Assembly: GCA_964529775.1 (NCBI GenBank)
Contig: CAZGXK010000001.1
Location: 1-53,907, forward strand
Reading direction: 5' to 3'
Source of the DNA: an uncultured Eubacteriales bacterium
GTDB taxonomy: Bacteria > Bacillota > Clostridia > Oscillospirales > Acutalibacteraceae
DNA: 53,907 nucleotides
The translations under genes were made by a program, and so were the position numbers. This document shows, in pieces, positions 47,403 to 53,907 of this stretch; the stretch's first letter is position 1; each line of letters starts with the position of its first letter. Below the pieces are notes generated by a model, which did no database searches, was not told the DNA's origin, and saw only the letters and a program-made list of their open reading frames with translations.

Positions 47403-48115
47403 AGGCGAAGGACGAGACGCCGAAAGAGGCTTTGCGGGCGGATCCGCCCCGGGAGGCCGGAGAGGCCGGGCGGGAGGAAAGCGGAGAGGAGGAATGGTAT
47501 CTGCCGGTGTACAACGGGGAGGTTCGCCCGGTGCGCCGGACCGAGCGGGAGGAGATCACCGCTCTCCTGCAGCTCGGGATGAAGCAGAGGGATTTTCTGC
47601 CGGAGTACGAACTGCTCCGGGAAATGGCGGAGGACGAGGGGGTCACGGTGCGCGAGTGGGTGCGGGACCGCGCCGACCGGCACGAGAAGGCGCTGCTGAG
47701 CGACGCCGTGGAGAAGTACGGAGAGCGGGACGGCACGGCGTTTTACGAGATGCACAGGCAGAGCCGTCTCGCCCGCTGCCGTGAGCAGGAGGAGAGGGAG
47801 AAGGCGCGCGAGATGAGCGAAAAACAGCGGGAGGCATCCCGTTGGCAGAGCGAGTTTGCCGAGCTCAAAGAGGCGGTGCCGCGCTTTGAGACGCCGGAAG
47901 ATGTGCCTTTGCAGGTGAAGAATCTCGCGCTCGCCCGCGGTATTCCGCTGCTGGACGCGTACCACCGATTCGCGTTTGACGAGCGGCGCCGGGCGATGGA
48001 GGAGAAGTTTGAGGAGGAGATGGCGAGGGCGCTTTCGACCGGACCGCTTTCCGCCACCGAACGGGGCGGACCGGACAGCGCCAGAGAGGCTTTTTTGCGG
48101 GGATTATCCCTGTGA
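47399..48115 (+). CDS. phage scaffolding protein (acidic, helical)
   Basis: ATG at 47399 overlaps the portal stop. 238 aa, very rich in E/R/A and coiled-coil-like. Located between portal and capsid. Confidence 0.6.
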   Translation: MKAKDETPKEALRADPPREAGEAGREESGEEEWYLPVYNGEVRPVRRTEREEITALLQLGMKQRDFLPEYELLREMAEDEGVTVREWVRDRADRHEKALLSDAVEKYGERDGTAFYEMHRQSRLARCREQEEREKAREMSEKQREASRWQSEFAELKEAVPRFETPEDVPLQVKNLALARGIPLLDAYHRFAFDERRRAMEEKFEEEMARALSTGPLSATERGGPDSAREAFLRGLSL

Positions 48116-48198
48116 GAGAAGGCTTTGAAACTGCCGCGCGCCCGAGGGCGCGGTCACGCGGGCCGGGGGCGCGGCCGACATATGAAGGAGGAGAGCTT

Positions 48199-49107
48199 AT
48201 GGCTATCAACACGTTATCGTTTCGCGAGGAGATGTCGGGAGAACTGGAGCGCGCGGTACAGCGCGGGGCGGTCGTCGGGTTTTTCGAGGACAACCCGCTG
48301 CGCGCGAAATTTGTGGGCGCGAAGACGGTGCTCATCCCGGAGATGGGGCTGAGCGGACTGGGGGATTACGACCGCGACAACGGCTTTGTGCGGGGGGCGA
48401 TCACCGTCACGAGCGAGCCGTACGAGCTTAAGCAGGACCGCGCACGCACGTTCCAGCTGGACCGGGAGGACAACGACGAGACGGGCATCGCCTCGCTCGC
48501 CGGTCAGGTGCTGGGAGAGTTTGTGCGCACCAAGGTGGTGCCGGAGGTGGACGCCTACTGCCTCTCGAAAATCGGTGGGTACGCCGTCTCGGAGGAGCAG
48601 ACGGTGACCGGAGCCCCGCAGACCGAGGCGTATGCGATGTTCCAGACCGCTCTGGGACAGGCGCAGGAGAACGTGGGGTTTGACGAGGAGATCGTCTGCT
48701 TTGTGAGCGGAGATTTCCTGCGGGCTCTGCAGAGTTCCCCGGAGATCGCGAGGCAAATCGGCATCTCGGATTTTCGCAAGGGGGACGTGAACCTGCAGGT
48801 GAAATCGCTCGACGGGGTGGCGCTGCTGCCGGTGCCCGCCTCGCGCATGAAGACGTCGTTCACCTTTGATTCCGGCGCGGACGGGGACGAGGGGGGATTC
48901 CACCCCGACCCGAGCGCGAAATCCATCGGATTTTTGCTCTGTCCGAAGCGCGCGGCGTCGCTTGTGAAGAAGAGCGAGACGGTGAGGGTGTTTACCCCGG
49001 AGCAGAACATCAAGGCGGACGCCTGGAAATTCGATTACCGGCTGTACTACGACGTGTTTCTGAAGAACAGTCTGAAGCCGGGCATCCGCGCCTATGTGAC
49101 CGAGTGA
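48199..49107 (+). CDS. phage major capsid protein
   Basis: ATG at 48199 after a GAAGGAGGAG RBS, 302 aa. The size, position after the scaffold and overall sequence character are capsid-like. The fold was not verified. Confidence 0.7.
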   Translation: MAINTLSFREEMSGELERAVQRGAVVGFFEDNPLRAKFVGAKTVLIPEMGLSGLGDYDRDNGFVRGAITVTSEPYELKQDRARTFQLDREDNDETGIASLAGQVLGEFVRTKVVPEVDAYCLSKIGGYAVSEEQTVTGAPQTEAYAMFQTALGQAQENVGFDEEIVCFVSGDFLRALQSSPEIARQIGISDFRKGDVNLQVKSLDGVALLPVPASRMKTSFTFDSGADGDEGGFHPDPSAKSIGFLLCPKRAASLVKKSETVRVFTPEQNIKADAWKFDYRLYYDVFLKNSLKPGIRAYVTE

Positions 49108-49136
49108 AAAAACCGAAAACGGGGAGGAGAGACGTG

Positions 49137-49910
49137 ATGGAGATACTCGAGAGCGCGCTTGTCTTTCGCGACAACCACACCCTGCGCGGAAAAGCGCCCG
49201 CCGGGATTGTGCTGCACCACGCGGCGGGGACCGGCAGCGTGGAGGACGTGCACCGCTGGCACCTGCAAAACGGCTGGGCGGGCATCGGCTACCATTTTTA
49301 CGTGCGGCGGGACGGCAAGGTCTACCGCGGGCGGCCGGAAGAGTGGACGGGCGCACACGCCGTCGGCGCGAACGACCAGCTCGGCATCTGCGCCGAGGGC
49401 AATTTTGAGCGGGAGCGGATGAAACCGGCGCAAAAGCAGGCGATCGCCGAACTTGTCCGGGCGCTGAGGCGGAAATACGGGGCGCTCGCGTGTCACCGGC
49501 ACAGCGAGTACGGCAGCACCGCCTGCCCGGGGAGATATTTTCCGTTTGAGGAAATTGTGCGCGAGGGCGCGGGGGACGGCGCGGCGGCGAAGGACGCGAA
49601 TCTTGTGAAACGCTTTCAGAGCGCCTGCCTCGCGGACGGCATCCCCCTGCCGGTCTACGGCGCGGACGGCGTCTGGGAACGCGAGACCGAGGGCGCCGCG
49701 AGGCACGCGGTGGCGAGCGGGAGCCGGGGAGAGAGAGTGCGGCTGGCGCAGCAGGTCTGCATGGAGGCGAAAATCGGTCTGCCGTGCGGCGCGGACGGGA
49801 TTTTCGGCGCACACACGGCGGCCGCCGTGCGCGAGTTCCAAAAGCAAAAGGGACTGGTCATCGACGGGATTGCGGGGATAAAGACGTGGAAAGCGATGCT
49901 GGGGGTGTGA
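49137..49910 (+). CDS. N-acetylmuramoyl-L-alanine amidase (PGRP/Amidase_2) with C-terminal peptidoglycan-binding domain; endolysin
   Basis: IVLHHAAG, GWAGIGYHFYVRRDG, GAHAVGANDQ and STACPG motifs. C-terminus GADGIFGAHTAAAVREFQKQKGLVIDGIAGIKTW is PG_binding_1-like. ATG at 49137 follows GGAGGAG. Confidence 0.88.
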   Translation: MEILESALVFRDNHTLRGKAPAGIVLHHAAGTGSVEDVHRWHLQNGWAGIGYHFYVRRDGKVYRGRPEEWTGAHAVGANDQLGICAEGNFERERMKPAQKQAIAELVRALRRKYGALACHRHSEYGSTACPGRYFPFEEIVREGAGDGAAAKDANLVKRFQSACLADGIPLPVYGADGVWERETEGAARHAVASGSRGERVRLAQQVCMEAKIGLPCGADGIFGAHTAAAVREFQKQKGLVIDGIAGIKTWKAMLGV

Positions 49911-50191
49911 TGATGGCGGCGACACATGAGGCGCTGACACTCTCCCGGGAGAACGAGAGGCGGCTGACGGCGGTGGAGGAGCAGATGCAGACGCTGCAGG
50001 AGCTGTCGCGCACGGCCGCGGTGACCGAGAGCCTTGTGGCAAATTTGCGGGAGGACGTCCGCTCTATCCGGCGGGCGGTGGACGCGCTGACGGAAAAACC
50101 GGCCAGGCGCGCGGACGCGGTGGCGGCCGCCGTCTTGGGGGCGATCGCTTCCGGGGCGGTGTGCACCGCGCTGGGGATGCTGGTGCGGTGA
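49910..50191 (+). CDS. XhlA-like protein (coiled coil plus C-terminal TM)
   Basis: 93 aa. The ATG overlaps the amidase stop. Heptad-like N-terminus (LTAVEEQMQTLQEL...) and C-terminal helix AVAAAVLGAIASGAVCTALGMLV. This is the architecture of PBSX XhlA. Confidence 0.55.
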   Translation: MMAATHEALTLSRENERRLTAVEEQMQTLQELSRTAAVTESLVANLREDVRSIRRAVDALTEKPARRADAVAAAVLGAIASGAVCTALGMLVR

Positions 50192-50208
50192 CGGGAAAAG
50201 GGGGAGAA

Positions 50209-50427
50209 ATGATGCGCAAAGAGATCGGGGCGTGGCTGAGGGCGGCGGGAATCCGCGCGATCAAAACGGTGGCGCAGACGGCGGCGGCGAGCGTCGGCAC
50301 GGCGGTGCTGCTGGAATCGGTCGACTGGCTTGCGGTGGTTTCGGCGTCGCTGCTCGCGGGGATTCTGAGCCTGCTGACGAGCCTTGCGGGGCTGCCGGAA
50401 TTGGACGGCGGGGAGGCCAAACGGTGA
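50209..50427 (+). CDS. phage holin (r1t-type, two TM helices)
   Basis: 72 aa from ATG 50209 (AAGGGGGAG RBS). IRAIKTVAQTAAASVGTAVLLESVDWLAVVSASLLAGILSLLTSLAGLPE resembles r1t-family holins. Confidence 0.7.
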   Translation: MMRKEIGAWLRAAGIRAIKTVAQTAAASVGTAVLLESVDWLAVVSASLLAGILSLLTSLAGLPELDGGEAKR

Positions 50428-50780
50428 AGACGGGGGAAGAGCTGTGGAACCGGGCGCTGCGGCTGCTCCACTACGCGGATATCCGGAGGATGGACGGCGG
50501 GGAGGAGACGGCGCTGGCGATCATCAATCAGGTGGTGAGCGACCTGTGGTACGGCACCCGGGAGGGAGATTTTTCCCCTCTCTCGGAGCTGTCCGACCCG
50601 CTGCCGCTGACGGGAAGGCTGGTTGAGGACGTGATGCCGTACGGCGTGGCGATGCTGCTCTCGCAGAATCTGGGGGACGCGGACAGCCAGGCGCTGTTTG
50701 CCTCCCTCTACAATCAAAAACGCGCGCGGATGCGGGGCGGGGAAAGCCGTCTGGACGTGATGCCGCGCGGCGGGATGTGA
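50424..50780 (+). CDS. hypothetical protein (118 aa)
   Basis: GTG at 50424 overlaps the holin stop. GC3-rich codons. No family recognised. Confidence 0.5.
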   Translation: MKTGEELWNRALRLLHYADIRRMDGGEETALAIINQVVSDLWYGTREGDFSPLSELSDPLPLTGRLVEDVMPYGVAMLLSQNLGDADSQALFASLYNQKRARMRGGESRLDVMPRGGM

Positions 50781-50791
50781 GGAGGGAGATC

Positions 50792-52771
50792 ATGCGGTTT
50801 CCGGCGATGAAACGGGGGTTGCGGGCCGGCACCGCCACTCCGGCGCTCACCGGCGGGGCGCGCAAGGGGGTGCCGCGCGGGGAGATCGGCAGCGGTCAGC
50901 TCGCCGAGGCGCAAAACGTCTGCTATTGCGGGGAGACGCTGGTGAGCCGCCCGTGCTTTCGCGCGCGGGGGACGGCGGACGGGTGCGGGGGAGAGCTTCT
51001 CTCGGTGCGCGGCGGCATCTCTTTCGAGGGAGAGGCGGCATCGGTGATGCTCTTTCGCACCGGCGTCGGGGTGACGCTGCGGGTTATCGCCGGGGACGGG
51101 CGGGCGCTCGGGGCGTACACGCTCGCGGGGTGCGACGGCGGCGCGGCGGTGCCGGGGGTGGAGGAGCCGTTTTTGTTCTTCACCGGGCGGCGCGTCTATG
51201 TGCCGGGGGATGGCGAGCTTTTGCCGATGCCGGGGGAAAGACTCACCGTCCCGACGGTGCTCGTGAACGCGAGGCCCTACGGCGAGCGGGAGCAGGGCGT
51301 ACCGGCGGACGGGCATCTCCCCCCGCGGGGGGAGATGGCGCAGGCGCTCAACCGCTACTGCCCGCGCTACCGCTGCCTCTTCACGACCACGGGGGACGGG
51401 GAAAACCTCTTTGAGGTGATGGTGCTGCCGACTCCCGTCCCGCAGAGCGAGGAGGTGAAGCTGACCTACTTCGCCGAGGACGGGGAGTACACGGCGGTGT
51501 TCCCGGCGGGGAGCGAGGGGCCCGTGATTCTGCAGAGGGGCGAAAAGACGCTGGGGGGCGAAATCCGTCTGGTGCGGGAAAAGGGTTATGCGGTCACCCA
51601 TTTTTCGCTGCCGGCGGGAGGGGAAAACAACCTGTGCATCGAGGCGGGCTATGAGGCGGAGGACGCAGATCCCCCGGGCTTCGGGATGTGGCTGCCCGGT
51701 CAGAACGGCGGGGCGAGGCTGTTCCTCGGCGGCTACCGGGGGCAGCCCGCCGCCGTGCGGTGGAGCGAGACGGACGATCCCGGGTATTTTGCCGAGAGCG
51801 GCGTGCGCGCCGTGGGGCAGGCGGGGGAACCCGTCACCGCTTTCGGCAGGCAATCGGATATGCTGGCGGTTTTCAAGAGAGGCTCCACCCACTGTCTGAC
51901 CTACGCCGACCGCGAGACCGCCGGTTCCGGGGAGCGGGACAGGCAGGCGCGGGGCATTGCGCTCTCCACCCGCACCGTCTCCCCGTCGGTCGGGTGCGAC
52001 TGCCCGGACACGGTCGCGCTGTGCGAGGGGAAGCTGGTCTGGATGACCTCCGACGCCCGGGTGCACGCGCTGGTGACGGCCAGCGCGCACAGCAACCGCA
52101 ACGTGGTGGACGTGGGGGAAAACATCGCCCCCGCGATTCTCGGGCGCAGCGGCGTTTCGGAGAGGAGGGCGGCGAGCGCGCGGTCCGCTCCGGAAGGGTA
52201 CGCGCTGGCGGTGGCGGGGCGAATCTATCTGTTGAAGACCTCCGATCTCGCCTTTCGGAATCTCTCGTACTACTACCGGCAGAAAACGCTGGAAGAACAC
52301 CTGACGTGGGTGGAATGGACGCTGCCGGACGGGTGCGAAAACGCTTTTCTGCTGCCCGGCAGCGAGGTGACTCTCGGCCTCATCCGGGAGGGGACGCTCG
52401 CCGTCTACGCGGCGGGGGAACCTCTTTTCGGGGAGGGAGGCGAGCTGCGCGACGAGATCCCCGGCGAAGCGGGGGAGACCAGCCGGGTGGTCGCCTGTGT
52501 GGAGACGCGCGAGATGCCCCTCGGTTCCCGCTCGCAGACGGCGCGCGTGACGTCGGTCGCGCTGGAGGGGGAGTGCGAAGGGGCGACGGCGACCCCGATA
52601 ACCGACGGGCGGGAGCGGGAGCCGCAGACCTTCGCGCTGCGGGGGAGGCACACGGTGGTCCTCCCGGAAATGCCTCTGTGCCACCGCGCGGGCGTGCGGC
52701 TTCAGAGCGGGATGCCGCTGCGGTTTTTGGGGGCGGAAATTCTGTTCTCGCCGCGCGCGCACCTCGGATGA
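50792..52771 (+). CDS. hypothetical large protein (659 aa), possibly a virion or tail-proximal component
   Basis: ATG at 50792 after GAGGAGGGA (alternative GTG 50777). Long uninterrupted GC3-rich ORF that looks beta-rich. No recognisable motifs. Last gene before tRNA-Lys. Confidence 0.6.
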   Translation: MRFPAMKRGLRAGTATPALTGGARKGVPRGEIGSGQLAEAQNVCYCGETLVSRPCFRARGTADGCGGELLSVRGGISFEGEAASVMLFRTGVGVTLRVIAGDGRALGAYTLAGCDGGAAVPGVEEPFLFFTGRRVYVPGDGELLPMPGERLTVPTVLVNARPYGEREQGVPADGHLPPRGEMAQALNRYCPRYRCLFTTTGDGENLFEVMVLPTPVPQSEEVKLTYFAEDGEYTAVFPAGSEGPVILQRGEKTLGGEIRLVREKGYAVTHFSLPAGGENNLCIEAGYEAEDADPPGFGMWLPGQNGGARLFLGGYRGQPAAVRWSETDDPGYFAESGVRAVGQAGEPVTAFGRQSDMLAVFKRGSTHCLTYADRETAGSGERDRQARGIALSTRTVSPSVGCDCPDTVALCEGKLVWMTSDARVHALVTASAHSNRNVVDVGENIAPAILGRSGVSERRAASARSAPEGYALAVAGRIYLLKTSDLAFRNLSYYYRQKTLEEHLTWVEWTLPDGCENAFLLPGSEVTLGLIREGTLAVYAAGEPLFGEGGELRDEIPGEAGETSRVVACVETREMPLGSRSQTARVTSVALEGECEGATATPITDGREREPQTFALRGRHTVVLPEMPLCHRAGVRLQSGMPLRFLGAEILFSPRAHLG

Positions 52772-52814
52772 GACGGGGGATGCCCGCAAAACGGAGCCTA
52801 CGGCAAATTTTCTC

Positions 52815-52843
52815 TTGACAAAGGCGGGCCCGTCCGCTATAAT
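52815..52843 (+). promoter_or_regulatory. tRNA-Lys promoter (TTGACA-17 nt-TATAAT)
   Basis: Consensus -35 at 52815-52820 and consensus -10 at 52838-52843, 11 nt upstream of the tRNA 5' end. Confidence 0.8.
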
Positions 52844-52854
52844 AAGTGGGCAAC

Positions 52855-52930
52855 GATCCATTAGCTCAGTCGGCAGAGCACCTGACTTTTAATCAGGGTG
52901 TCCGGGGTTCGAATCCCCGATGGATCACCA
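52855..52930 (+). tRNA. tRNA-Lys (anticodon TTT)
   Basis: 76 nt folded by hand. Acceptor GATCCAT/ATGGATC, D arm GCTC-AGTCGGCA-GAGC, anticodon arm CCTGA-CTTTTAA-TCAGG, T arm CGGGG-TTCGAAT-CCCCG and encoded CCA. Confidence 0.93.
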
Positions 52931-53200
52931 CTTTTCGTGAGACGGCACCGTGCGGGGTCGCTTTCCCGCACGGTGCCGGACAACATCCGGACTTCTCACC
53001 CGGCGGTGATGGGTTCGGTTTTTTTAAGGCACATCCGTCCAAGGCGGCCGCGCGGGGCGGAGGTTTCGCCGGACGAAACCCAAGGCCGCGGCGAAGAAAC
53101 GCCCCGGTTTTCGGAGCAACCGGCGGAGAATCCGCACGAGGGCGGCAGGGCAAAAAACCGGCGCGAAGGGCGTACCTTCGCGGGAGCGGGGGAACAGAGG

Positions 53201-53907
53201 ATGAACAATACGGAAAAATCCATGGAGACCATCGTCTCGCTGTGCAAGGCGCGCGGGTTTGTGTACCCCGGATCGGATATTTACGGGGGGCTGGCCAACG
53301 CCTGGGATTACGGCCCGCTCGGCGTGGAGCTGAAGAACAACGTCAAAAGGGCGTGGTGGAAAAAGTTTGTCAAGGAGAACCCCTACAACGTGGGGCTGGA
53401 CAGCGCCATCCTGATGAACCCGCAGGTCTGGGTCGCATCGGGGCACGTGGGCAACTTTTCCGACCCGCTGATGGACTGCAAAAGCTGCAAGACCCGCCAC
53501 CGTGCGGACAAGCTCATCGAGGACACGGGCGTTATCCCCGCCGGATGGAGCTTTGAGCGGATGAAGGCGTATATCGACGAGCTCCCCATCGACTGCCCCG
53601 TCTGCGGGGCGCACGATTTTACCGAGATACGCACCTTCAACCTCATGTTCCGAACCTATCAGGGCGTGACCGAGGATGCGAAGAGCGAGCTGTATCTGCG
53701 CCCGGAGACGGCGCAGGGCATCTTCGTGAATTTTGCGAACATCCAGCGCACCACCCGCCGCAAGCTCCCCTTCGGCGTGGCGCAAATCGGCAAGAGTTTC
53801 CGCAACGAGATCACTCCCGGCAACTTTATTTTCCGAACCCGCGAATTCGAGCAGATGGAGCTGGAGTTCTTCTGCGAGCCGGACACGGATCTGGAGTGGT
53901 TTGCCTA
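53201..53907 (+). CDS. glyQS: glycine--tRNA ligase (homodimeric GlyQS type), 5' partial; runs off the window
   Basis: I translated from ATG 53201: [57 protein letters not shown]...[25 protein letters not shown]. It is open to the end of the window and is not in the track because no stop codon is reached. Confidence 0.93.
   Translation, partial: MNNTEKSMETIVSLCKARGFVYPGSDIYGGLANAWDYGPLGVELKNNVKRAWWKKFVKENPYNVGLDSAILMNPQVWVASGHVGNFSDPLMDCKSCKTRHRADKLIEDTGVIPAGWSFERMKAYIDELPIDCPVCGAHDFTEIRTFNLMFRTYQGVTEDAKSELYLRPETAQGIFVNFANIQRTTRRKLPFGVAQIGKSFRNEITPGNFIFRTREFEQMELEFFCEPDTDLEWFA

Larger units (their letters stand above)
41893..52771 (+). mobile_element. compact phage-like island (control region, packaging, head and lysis genes, two orphan ORFs). 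No integrase, replication or recognisable tail genes.
   Basis: Contiguous, mostly translationally coupled plus-strand genes: terS, terL, portal, scaffold, capsid, amidase, XhlA-like, holin and two unknowns. An XRE repressor with LexA-box promoters lies upstream. Boundaries are inferred from gene content only; no att repeats were seen. Confidence 0.7.

Noticed and set aside
52855-52930. tRNA-Lys as the integration site (att) of the phage-like island.
   Set aside because: The island lies 5' of the tRNA, which has its own promoter, whereas tRNA-targeting integrases leave the element 3' of the intact tRNA. I saw no copy of the tRNA 3' half near 41.9-42.1 kb, and there is no integrase gene.
53040-53200. 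T-box riboswitch upstream of glyQS.
   Set aside because: The conserved T-box sequence and a recognisable specifier loop were not found by eye. I kept this only as a low-interest finding to be checked with a covariance model.
52846-53556. 236-aa plus-strand ORF starting inside the tRNA-Lys promoter region.
   Set aside because: It reads straight through the tRNA-Lys gene and out of frame into glyQS. The product is Gly/Arg-rich and looks meaningless.
1-53907. CRISPR arrays, IS elements, transposases or rRNA genes.
   Set aside because: I saw no regularly spaced direct repeats, no terminal inverted repeats with a transposase ORF, and no rRNA-like sequence anywhere in the window.

Overview
High-GC Bacillota (Clostridia-like) chromosome segment, about 80% conserved core operons. 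From left to right:

- **101-6956:** the distal end of the ribosomal-protein/secY/alpha operon (rpmD to rplQ).
- **7.1-10 kb:** a small cell-envelope cluster with a secreted anchored protein, a class B sortase and an LCP transferase.
- **11.7-26.2 kb:** a dcw division/cell-wall cluster, mraZ-rsmH-ftsL-PBP-murE-mraY-[MBOAT+DHHW]-ftsW-murG-ftsQ-ftsZ.
- **26.3-32.1 kb:** recX, rimO, pgsA, cysE, cysS, thioredoxin and ung.
- **33.1-38.0 kb:** tRNA-Thr, then a CIRCE-controlled hrcA-grpE-dnaK-dnaJ operon.
- **38.1-41.9 kb:** comEA-like, PHP and TSCPD genes, plus a 576-aa membrane protein.
- **about 41.9-52.8 kb:** the only clearly accessory part, a compact phage-like island.
- **52855 to the window end:** tRNA-Lys and the 5' part of glyQS.

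The island encodes an XRE repressor, a zinc-ribbon protein, terS, terL, portal, scaffold, capsid, amidase, XhlA-like protein, r1t-type holin and two orphan ORFs. It has no recognisable integrase, replication or tail genes.

Its control region has two near-identical sigma-A promoters, each followed by a Gram-positive LexA (Cheo) box. They flank a repressor gene that has no protease domain. One promoter is followed by about 580 nt with no credible ORF but many hairpins, which is a candidate large structured RNA.

I consider this SOS-wired head-plus-lysis island and its untranslated leader the most interesting content of the window. All product calls rest on my own reading of the translated ORFs, motifs and synteny; no database search was run.
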